Part shown: positions 11,701 to 23,800 of the stretch, one piece after another
Layout: the number at the start of each line of letters is the position of its first letter
Position numbering within the stretch: the stretch's first letter is position 1
Assembly (NCBI GenBank): GCA_964016885.1
Contig: OZ024746.1
Location: forward strand, 40,362,001-40,426,000
Direction: 5' to 3'
Source: Eledone cirrhosa
Lineage: Eukaryota
DNA length: 64,000 nt
Made by a program: the position numbers and the translations under genes
Notes under the pieces: model-generated
Seen by the model: only the letters and a program-made list of their open reading frames with translations
What the model was told of the DNA's origin: nothing
Database searches by the model: none

Positions 11701-14700
11701 AGGAGAGTATTAGGTAGTCAAACTACTCCTCTCTCTTTACGTGTTGTGACAGAATCACAGAAATTTATATATAGAAGAGACTGAAGCTGATTGTTTTACA
11801 TGATCACTTGGTTTTATTAATACTTATTATTTTTATAGGAAATGCTTGCATTTCAAAGTGACCGCTCTGTTGAAGTTAGAAAGTTTGTCATCAGTTTCAT
11901 AGAAGATGCTTGGTAAGTACTTTGAATTATGTTGTGTTTAAAATAAGGGTAGAAAGGAGCGTAAAATAGTTAGTGAGGGAACAGAAACAATGTAGGGTAG
12001 AGGGGAGTATTTAATCTTGCCAAGGACACGACTAGTTCTCTAGTACTTGTGCCATGATAAAATGCACCCAGTACACTCTATAAAGTGGTTTGAAATAGGA
12101 AGGGCTGTAGGAAATATGCCAAAAATGGAATATACAATAAAGTTGTGGTGCCTGATCCCTCTAAGAGGGCAGTAACTCCCAATAAGCTCTGACTCAATCT
12201 GTGATAACCCATCCAACCTATTTCAGTATATACAATAGGGTTTGTAAAAACGATGCCCCCCCCCCCCCCCCCCCCCCCCCCCCACACACACACGCGCACA
12301 GATTTTTTTTTTTTTTTTTTTTTGGCATATATTAGATATATCAGTATTTGAAACTTTAGAATTATTTTTGTCGGGTTTTATGTAGAATAAAATAATATAA
12401 ACCAGGAATTCAACTCTTTCACACTTAATGTTTCATTGATAGAAATGTGTTGGCTAAACTCCCTTTTATTCCATAACATGTATTAAATCTATTGATTATA
12501 TGTTTAACCCTTTAGCATTTAAACTGGCCATATCTGGCCTGAATTCTCTTACCTTTTCCTATTCAAACCGGCTGTAACTGGCCACTCATACTGACATTGA
12601 GGTATTGTTCTCAAAATAAATAACAAAATCTCGTTGATTACATATTATGTGAGATAAAGCCTTTACCATGAAAATATAATAGTAGAATAATGTAAATGCT
12701 AATGTGACTTGAGGAAGATTTAGCTACTATTTCATGCAGATCGAGTGAGACCATGTAGTGGTTCCCTACAATGAATTCCTCTGCTGAGTTTTATTTAAAC
12801 ATATGTGTTTATATTTTTGCTAAAATAAACATTGTTAGGTTGTAATTTTCCTGTTAAATTTCATTTATATTTTATATTTTCCCTCCACAAATTTCAGCAA
12901 AAAGGAACCTGAACTTCTTCAGAAAATCCTTCCCAATCTTGGTGCTCTCTTTCAAGATGAAAATGTCAATGTACAAAAGAAAGTCATTCTTGTGATGGCT
13001 GGACTTCATAGAATAGCTTTACAGGTAAATATGCATTATCTCATTAATAATATTTGCACAAATATTGTGAACAAGCAGATATAGACATTTTGGAGGATAT
13101 ATTTTTTATAATTGGTTGCTTTTCATAAAACCCAGATACATATGTCTATTGGAAAGCAGTTTTACAATGGGAAAGAAGTCACTGTATAAAATCTGCAACA
13201 CTAGCTCAGTTAGTCTTAGACACCTGCATGGTGTTGGCATGCATTGTATATGAGTTTTTATATAGATGCATACATGTTTCTATTATATGTTTAAACCATT
13301 TGATACCAAACTGCCTGTAGTTTCCCATGATTCTATGATGCAAAACTGTTTATTCTAAAGAATTAATATATATCTATATTAAAAAAAACTTGCCATTATA
13401 ATTTTATGTAAGAAACATTTTTATGCTTCAAACACCTGCTTAAAAATAAAGTTAATTATTTTACTAAATCTCTCCAAAATTTTGATTGTTCTCAAAATGA
13501 TTTGGAAATCATCAGCAGTGTTTTTCACTAGAAATATGGTAATGAAAAGGTGAACTTGAATATACTCCTTCTCTTTTTGTGAGAATAGCAACATACTTAA
13601 TTTCATGTTGCTCCAATCCACTTAACTGAAAATGAATACCAGCAGTAGTAGCTGGTGATTAACCCTGTGATGGATTGTTATCCTGCCCAGCAGGAAGTTT
13701 TGTACTCTCAGTTGCTTAACACAAGTGAATCTGGGACATGTTCCAACTTTGATGAGCCGCTGGACTTGGGGGGAGGGGGAATAGAAGAGGATCTTTTCTA
13801 TGAAAAAGATGGCTCCATAGATATATTTCTCTGTTTAGTTGAGTGAAATATCTACCTAGCAGTGAGCTCCTGTGAATCAATAACCAATTTAAATACTTTA
13901 GGAATTTATTGTTCTTTTGGCTCATTTGGAAACTTCAACTCAGCACTGCTAGCTAACAAAATACTCATTGCTCCTATTTCTTAAAATAATTAACTGTACC
14001 TACATATTGCACCAGGGAATGAGCTGTTAGTTGTTGAATGTCTTGTACAGTGCAACTGTTGATATATATATATATATATATATTTTATAGGCAACTTAAT
14101 TTTCAGAGTTATACTGCATATTTAGAAAAATGTAGTTGGTGGAATTTTTTGTTTATTTTGCTCCCTCACTATTTATAAAAAAGTGTTTCAAAATATTTAA
14201 AATAATTGCGTTATTGAGGATGGAATTTTGGTATCTTTTTGTTTCAGTGGTTGAGCCAGAGTAAGTCAATTAGCGAAGAAATGCAACAGACATGGGAACA
14301 AGTCTTGCAGTTAAAAACCTTCATAATTGATATGGTCGGCTCTTTAAATGATGGGTAAGAAAGACTAATTTCATTATCTCTATCATTTTGCTATGCTAAC
14401 ATTGCAGTTCTCTCAATCATTTAATACCTAATACATTACATGCAGTTGCTTATGTCCTTCACATTAATTTTAACTACTACTTGTCCTTGACATTCATTTT
14501 AGCAACTATCTGTCATTTTATTTTTGTTGTCCTCTGTACATCATATTAATTTTAGTTCTCTTCTGTCCATAACTCTCTGAATTTTTAATTGAGATTATTG
14601 CTGCTTCTATGCATCTTTGCTATTGAGCAGAGACATGAAACATAATTGGCTTTCAATCCTTATCTTCTTTGTCTCAAAGGCATCAAAATACTGTTCAGCA

Positions 14701-17700
14701 ATTAGTCACTAATGTATTGGTGATGTAACCTATATACTCGTATATAAGCCGGGAAATATATGACAAAAACTTCTATGGTAAAATGTATTGATTATCTGCC
14801 TCAGCTTATAAATGAAGTTTGGATTTTTACCCATTTCTCTGACATAAAATAGAGGTCAGCTTATATTTGAGTATATACAGCAAATTATAGGGTCATAACT
14901 GAGGACTGTTTTCGTACTTCTCATTTGTCTTAATGTTATTGATTACAAAAACAACTACTTTGTACTAAAATAATTTAATAATGTATTTTAAAAAAAATAT
15001 TTTTTCAGAATCCGAACTCATGTTGTGAAATTTATTGAAAATGTTGTGCTAACTTTGACCAAGAAATCTCCTGTAAGTGCTTTTAACATTACTAATATAA
15101 TTCTAATTTTAATTTTTCTCTTAGGATAATCTCTGTATTTTATATACTTGCTTTCAAAATTAAAAGAATAAAAATGAATAACTTGGGTACAGCTTGTTTT
15201 GATAAGACTAGATCACAGAGTTCATTGTTTTCTAGATTGTGATGTCATCGACATTTAACGTCTGTTTACCCTGCCTGCAAAGGTTGTACTCAAGCTGAGC
15301 TACTGACCTCTCAGAATAGTTGTGGGCCTGCATCTTGCTTATATACGTTCTTGCTCTCTACCAAGTGCTCAGATGAGCAGGGGAAAGTGGAAGCTTGTAT
15401 TTGGCTTACATATGTGTCCATGCATGTATTTTATCGTGGAACCAGCACTAAGGAGGTTGTCATGTCCTGTCCTTTTGTTTGGCAGCTTTTCTACAGCTGG
15501 ATATCCTTCCTATTACCAACCGCTTTACAAAGGGTACTGAATGTGTTTATCATGTAAATCACCAACAATAGGAAGATTGGATGAAGAGTCCTCCTGATCC
15601 TTTGTTTAGCAGGTTTTCTATGGCTGAATGCCCTTCCCATCACCTACCATTTTACAGAGTGTACTGGGTGAATTTATCGTGTAGATCATGAACACAGCTG
15701 AAGAATCCTCTTGTCTCTGGTGTGTGACAGGTTACATTTTTATACATAGTATATCATTAACTGTTATTAATTTCTTTCTCAGTCTTATCCAATAAAGAAG
15801 AATATGTTAAAATGATGCTGACTTTGGTTATATATTTATAAAGAGCTCAAATCCTTTTTCAGGAGTCAGACATTCCTAAGAAACTTGAAAATGAGATGAC
15901 ACTTGATAAAGTACCAGAAAGCCATAAACTGTTGAATGTGACTGAATTAGAGGAAGAAGGAAAGAAGCTATTTACAACTTTGCTGGAATTTCAAGCATCA
16001 CCTCATATATCTAGGTATATAAATATTAATACACTTTTATTTACTTACATAATATTTTGATAATATCAATCGACAAGATCCTAGACCTCATTTACTTACC
16101 GAGTGGGGTGGAACTCATCAAATCAAACCAAGGAACAATGTTTCCATGTCTTTCCATTGCTGATACTATCTACTGGTTGCAATTCCTGGCAGAAAGAGTG
16201 ACCTGCTCAAGGACATATCGCATTGCTCGATCTGGGAATCAAACTCACAACACATAATTGTGAATCCAATTCTCTAGCTATTAAGCCACATGTCTTTTGA
16301 TAATACTAGAGTGTTACCTATTATATGATAAGTAATTTGGAGGAACTATACGTTTGTCACTGGGTAAAATGAGATAAATAAATAAACATCATCATCATCA
16401 TTTTATGTCCGCTTTTCCCTGCTTGCAAGGGTTGGACGGGAACTGATTCTGGCTTGATTTCTACAGCTGGATGCCCTTCCTAACACCAACCTCATTTACA
16501 GTGAGTGCTGGGTGCTTTTTTTCCGTGGCGCCTACACGTCTACTTTACAGTGTGGGCTGGGTGCTTTTTTTTTTGCCGTGGCACCTCCACGACCACTTTG
16601 CAGTGGAATGATAGGGGCCCCAGTCCTATCATCTCATTTTTACAGCTGATTAAATTGGAGCAATGTGAAATAAAGTGTCTTGCTCAAGGAAACAATACAT
16701 CACCCGGTCTGAGAATTGAACTCACAACCTTTCGATTGCAAGCCCAATGCTCTAACCACTAAGCCATGCCTCCATATATAAATGTATAACTATAAAGAAA
16801 CAAATGGGTATATGAAAATGAATGACTTTCTAATTACAAGGTCCTGGGTTCTAACCCTACATTTCTTCCTGTAAATAATTATTTCTCCAAAGTTACTCAT
16901 ACAGTTAATCCTGTATGTCATCTGCTTAACATTTATGTAATTATATCATAGAAATAAATGATTAAAATGTCATATTTATTTTTAATCACTTCCACCTCTC
17001 AGTAATTAACATGAACTATATAATTTCTTTAATGCAAACTATAAATTTATCAAAACACAAATTTCCCAGTTTGTATAATTGTTCATGTATTCAATATTCC
17101 TGGTATATATGACATACCTAACCTGGACTCCAAAAATTAAATACACCCAATGTCATTATCATCATTATTGATAGTAATGGTCCACTAGTTAATAAATATT
17201 GAACAATGTGTGCATGTTTGTGACAAACCTGTGTATTCTGTAACTGTGTCCAGTGCAAATCTCTTGCTGTGAATTGTCTTATTTGTTAGATGTTATTTTT
17301 ATTTTTCAATTTGGCCAGTGATTCATCTACTGATAAAATAATATTGTTTCTATTTTTATTTATCTAAAAGTATAAATCTTATGACTGTCATGGGAAGCCT
17401 TACAACAATTGCTAAACAAAGACCAGTATACTTTGATCAAGTTGTACAAGCATTTGAATCCTTACATGGTAAAGTGAAGCACTTTTTTAAAACAAAATGT
17501 TTATTCATTTATTCATTGTTTGTTATATATATAATATTTAATATAGAAATGGCTTCTACAGGACTAGAATTGTTTTATTCGAAGGAAATCATCAGGAAAG
17601 CCCTTGCTGATATTTCTGCACATGTGTGTGTGTGTGTATATATATATATAAGTTAAAACATAGATGATGATAATACATTGTAGCTATACTCCGTTATTGA

Positions 17701-19554
17701 TCTATGTAAGGTTAGTTACAAAATATCAGATAAAGAGAATATTTACTTACATGCATATCACCAGCTGTTTTCAAAAGTAATAATAATTTTATTCAGAATT
17801 AGTAGCATGTTAGTATCATGTCCTTATTTGGAGGTAGTTGAAGAACTAACGAATCAAATTGTTTTTTTCTTATGGTATTAAGATGAAAAGTATTACACTT
17901 TAGTTGAGGTCATGACCCTTTGAAAGGAATGGTTGAATGGTGTTAATAGTAGAATTGGCATAAAAATCTATTAGGAGAAAGGGATTGTCAAACTGATAGT
18001 TGAATGTATCTGGTATAGTGAAGTTAAAAAGAATGTCAAAATAAATGGTGATTAGTGTTGTATTGAGTTTTTAGGTGAATATAAATTAAGGTTATGGTTA
18101 GGAAAGATAGTATATTAAAAGATGAAAATTATAATAAGATAATGAAATACAGTTATGCGATAGTATACAACTTAACCAACACAATATAGTACGGTGTGGT
18201 GAATTGCACTTAGTATAATACAGCATATGATACGCTCTAAAATACTATCAAGTATGTTTATGCATAAATAATCAAACTCAGATAAATGCATGTTGGCATA
18301 ATTAAAACACATAAATTTCATAGATTACAAAGTGCATATATCCACACTATATATAGAGAGAGGTACAGTTATATTGATATCCAACCAAAAATATACATAC
18401 GCACAAATAGATGCAAACCTAAATACACATTTACACATATGCACTTAAAAATAATTGTTTCTACGTTAGGCACAAGGCCAGCAATTACCCAGTGCATTAC
18501 TGGTACTTTATTTTATCGACCCCGTAAGGATGACTACACCACCACAACATAATTTAAATATGACTGCACCTTTTAAAAAGGCAAATAATACAATCCTTCA
18601 ACCTAGAAAACACAACCACCCAAATCACCAACACAAAAACAACAGAACACAAAATCACCCACAAAACAACTTTCATTCTCCTGCTATCATTAATTACAAT
18701 AGGAATAGCTCAAGGATTAATGAGAATAGTATAGGCACCCCCAACAACCATCTTACGTATGGCTGTAATTGCAGAAATAGAAGCATTTGCCCCTTAAATT
18801 GCAACTGTTTGATTAATAATGTAATATATAAATGCACTGTGTCATTACAGACTCCAACAAAACATATATAGGATCTACATCAAACACATTTAAGAAAAGA
18901 TTTTACGCACACTCTAGTAGTTTCAACAATACTAAACTAGCTAACACCACATCTTTAGCTGAAGCGGTAAATAATTATAAAAAGAAAAAATTAGATTTCA
19001 AGTTATTGTGGAACACCATTCTACAAAGAACTCCATATCTTGGGAACAGGAGGGAATGCAGATTATGTTCAGAGGAGATCTTGGAAATTACTAAATCTAA
19101 GGATGATTTATTAAATAAAAGGCAGGAATTGATCATAGTTTGTAATCACCGTACACGAAGAACATTTAAATACTATAAACCTAATTAAATATTCTAAATA
19201 GCAACTCACTATAATTCTATATAGAGTAACATTTATTAGTACCCCTTTCCCCTAATTATATGCATTCATGCTTATTTTTTACCTTTTAATGTTTTAGCTT
19301 CCTTAGATTTATGCGTTAATGACTAAAGGCAACAAGGTACACAACCACCCGTAATTGCATGAGTAAATGTATATTTATGTGTCTGTGTATATATGTGTAT
19401 ATATGTATGTATATATATATATATATATGTGTTTGTGTGTGTGTATATGTGAGTATAGGTGTATGAGTGTTTATATATGAGTGTGTGTACATGTATGAGG
19501 AGTGTACATACGCACATATATATATATATATGTGTGTATATATATATATATATG

Positions 19555-19651
<97 letters not shown>

Positions 19652-19770
19652 ATATATGTGTGTGTATGTGTGTGTATATATGTGTGTGTGTGTGTGTATA
19701 TATGTGTGTGTGTGTGTATATATGTGTGTGTGTGTGTGTATATATGTGTGTGTGTGTGTGTGTGTATATA

Positions 19771-19831
<61 letters not shown>

Positions 19832-19860
19832 ATATATGTGTGTGTGTGTGTGTGTATATA

Positions 19861-19891
<31 letters not shown>

Positions 19892-20022
19892 GTGTGTGTG
19901 TATATATGTGTGTGTGTGTGTGTGTATATATGTGTGTGTGTGTGTGTATATATGTGTGTGTGTGTGTGTATATATGTGTGTGTGTGTGTGTGTATATATG
20001 TGTGTGTGTGTGTGTGTATATA

Positions 20023-20054
<32 letters not shown>

Positions 20055-20056
20055 TG

Positions 20057-20087
<31 letters not shown>

Positions 20088-20190
20088 ATATATATGTGTG
20101 TGTGTATGTGTATATATGTGTGTGTGTGTGTGTATATATATATGTGTGTGTGTGTGTGTATATATATGTGTGTGTGTGTGTGTGTATATA

Positions 20191-20223
<33 letters not shown>

Positions 20224-20642
20224 ATATATATATGTGTGTGTGTGTGTATATATATATGTGTGTGTGTATATATATATATGTGTGTGTGTGTGTATATATA
20301 TATGTGTGTGTGTGTGTATATATATATGTGTGTGTGTGTGTATATATATGTATGTGTGTGTGTATATATATGTATGTGTGTGTGTATATATATATGTGGG
20401 TATGTGTGTGTGTGTATATATATATGTGGGTATGTGTGTGTGTGTATATATATATATGGGTGTGTGTGTGTGTGTGTATATATATATGTGGGTATGTGTG
20501 TGTGTGTATATATATATGTGGGTATGTGTGTGTGTGTGTGTGTGTATATATGTGGGTATGTGTGTGTGTATATATATATGTGGGTATGTGTGTGTGTATA
20601 TATATATGTGGGTATGTGTGTGTGTATATATATATGTGGGTA

Positions 20643-20677
<35 letters not shown>

Positions 20678-20768
20678 GTGGGTATGTGTGTGTGTATATA
20701 TATATGTGGGTATGTGTGTGTGTATATATATATGTGGGTATGTGTGTGTGTATATATATATGTGGGTA

Positions 20769-20803
<35 letters not shown>

Positions 20804-20810
20804 GTGGGTA

Positions 20811-20843
<33 letters not shown>

Positions 20844-23800
20844 GTGGGTATAGGTGTGTATGTGTGGATATAGATATGTATGGATATGTGTGTATATGAT
20901 TATGTGCATATGTGTAAATGTGTATTTAGGTTTGCATCTATTTGTGCGTATGTATATTTTTGGTTGGATATCAATATAACTGTACCTCTCTATATATATA
21001 GTGTGGATATATGCACTTTGTAATCTATGAAATTTATGTGTTTTAATTATACCAACATGTATTTATCTGAGTTTGATTATTTATGCATAAACATACTTGA
21101 TAGTATTTTAGAGCGTATCATATGCTGTATTATACTAAGTGCAATTTACCACACTGTACCATATTGTATTGGTTAAGTTGTATATTATCACATTACTGTA
21201 TTTCATTATCTTATTATAATTTTCATCTTTTAATATACTATCTTTCCATTTCAGTGAATTTACCACCAACATTAGCCAAGTCACAAGTCAGCAGTGTTCG
21301 TAAAAATTTAAAGATGCAAATGTTGGCATTGCTAAAGCATCCATATTCTCCACGATTTATGTCTCAAATAACCACTCTCTTAACTGATCTTGGAGCGATG
21401 CAGTCAGAGGTAAGATTTTAGATACTGAGACAGTTTCACTCTTATGCGTTGCTTATCTTTATTCTGTATGTCATCTACTATTATCAGCTCTCAGAAGAGT
21501 GATGGATTGGCCAAGTCATTAGAGCATCAAACAAATGCTTAGCAGTATTTGTTTTACTTTTTACATTCTGGGTTCAAATCCCACCAAGATCAACTTTGCC
21601 CTTTCATCTTTTCAAGATCAATAAAATAAAGTATCAGTTCATATATTGGGTTCATTCACTGGGCTTCATAGAATTGACTTTCCCCTCCCAAAATGACTAT
21701 CCTTGTGTCCAAAGTAGAAATCATCATTAGTTCTCAGTTCATCCTTTATAAGTCTTCAGTGGTGTCTCTACAAGCTAATAGATTAAGGAATTCACCACAC
21801 ATCTTCAATTGTGTCCCTACAATCTAATAGATTAACCCTTTAGCATTCACATTGAATTGTCAAATGTCATGTTCATCTATTCGCATTATTTTCACTTAAT
21901 TATACTCAAGAGGGTTATCAATTTTATTTGTTTGTAATTACTTTAATTTTCTATGTGCAGACTTGAAATTTTGTCAGTAGATGTTTAAATAACTATAATT
22001 TACAATTATATATTTTTACCTGATTTTTTTTGTTAAATTTGACTTTTATGGGCAGGTGAAATTAATTAACAGGTGTAAAAGTAATAACTTTATGGATAAA
22101 CACAAAAATTTAAACTTTATCTGCCTTATCTGTTAGATTTGTTGCAAAAAAATCCAATAATGACCTAGATGCTGATTTCCATCAATTCTCGCAGTTTTCT
22201 GAACAGGTGAATTAATTAAAAATGCAGGTGTAATCAGTACACGGTTTTAGTCTTTCTCTACATTCCAGGCAAATATTTTCATTGAAAAAAATGTATAAAA
22301 CCTTTTCACCGGTCAAAATAATATTGGCAATGTACTCTGTAAATGTACGGTGTAAAATTACGTAATAGAAAGTTCCCAATATATAAGTTTATACACACTT
22401 TTAAATTTTTCTGACAATATTTCAATTAATGGTCGTACTTTGTACAGTGGGTCGTAATTTGATTCATTTCTACCAGGGGCATTTGAAGTATCAACCAGAT
22501 GCAAATACTGGTTTAATTTAATGAATCTCGTTTTTGCCATAATACTAGATATATAAGGGTCACCAAACCTTATATCAGTACTCCAATAATTCCACAGTCG
22601 TGGAAATTGTTTAATACCAAACATAATATTTATGGTAAAAAACGCTTTCATTTCGGCAGAATCTGTCGGACAACATAACAGATCGGGTTTTCCAATATTA
22701 TAAATTTGTTGTTGTGCATAGCGATTTGCCACAACTTCGAAGAAAGATTGTGGTAAAAATAAAAAATAATAATCCAGTGCTTTAGCATCGGGTGGTAATG
22801 TGTGTTGTGGTCCAATATTTTCAGTAAAATCCGAAACATGTATCGATGTTGTTTCTTTCAACCACGTTGCTATTTTTTCAATGGTGTCAGTCAAATCTTC
22901 TCTTTCACTTTCAAAGTAACTATCATCATTATCAGATATATCAGAAATAAATATATCTGATTCGTTTGAAGATAAATCGCTGATATTATCTTGTTTCTTT
23001 TTGATCTCGAATGTCGTCGGACGTAAAACCTTCAAATTCGTTGTCGCTACTTTCGGAAGCCATGTTACACTTTCAACGTTAAAAACACGTGTTATCGCAA
23101 GTTCTTTAACTATACTAAGAGTTAATTTTCGCGCGTAAGGGCTTTATCTCGCAGTAATCTCGAATTGACGAGATTTCGATGATGTCAATGTTTATTTTTA
23201 GAAGGAAATCTCCGTGTGGTATTAAATGTCGGTTTTTGTCGGTTTGAATAAATGAAAGGGGACATAATCTTGTCGGTTTTTGTCGCTTTGAATGCTAAAG
23301 GGTTAAGGGACTCACCACACATCTTTAATGGTGTCTCCACAAGCCAATGTTAAGGGATTCACCACACATCTTCAAAGGTGTCCCTACAAGCTAATGTTAA
23401 GGGACTCACCACATCTTCAGTGGTGTCTCTACAAGCTAATGTTAATGGACTCACATCTTCAAAGGTGTCCCTACAAGCCAATGTTAAGAGACTTACCACA
23501 CATCTTCTGTTGTACTCCTACAAGCCAATAGATTAAAGAACTCACCACATCTGCAGTGGAATCTTTATGGGCCAATAGCTTAAGTAACTCCCTTAACACT
23601 TGTGCGACCTGATTTTTTGGAATGTGTGTTGTAAAAGGCAACTAAAGAGTTGGCATCAGGAAGGGCTACTGGCCTTAAAACACCGCCTGAAAGGATCCCA
23701 TCCAAATTATACCAGGATTGAAGAGTGAATAATAAAAAGATGATATGACCCAAGACTTTTAATTCAATATGGGTTTCATGTTGAAAACATATTTCTATTT

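Larger units (their letters stand above)
18101..21247. repeat. About 345-bp inverted repeat pair (18101-18444 and 20905-21247), probable inverted Penelope pseudo-LTRs
   Basis: Arms are reverse complements with only scattered substitutions and enclose the GIY-YIG ORF and the microsatellite. Confidence 0.9.

Noticed and set aside
12256-12325. Long C run and T run as a functional G-quadruplex or terminator
   Set aside because: Homopolymers at a SINE tail are common in this window; no further evidence.
16700-16773. tRNA gene (TGC anticodon-like loop)
   Set aside because: No acceptor stem or terminator; it is the head of a multi-copy SINE.
19323-20909. 460-530-aa ORFs rich in H/T/Y/I or C/V/Y
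   Set aside because: Translations of a (TG)/(TA) microsatellite that lacks stop codons; the same applies to ORFs at 37173-37774 and 45736-46155.
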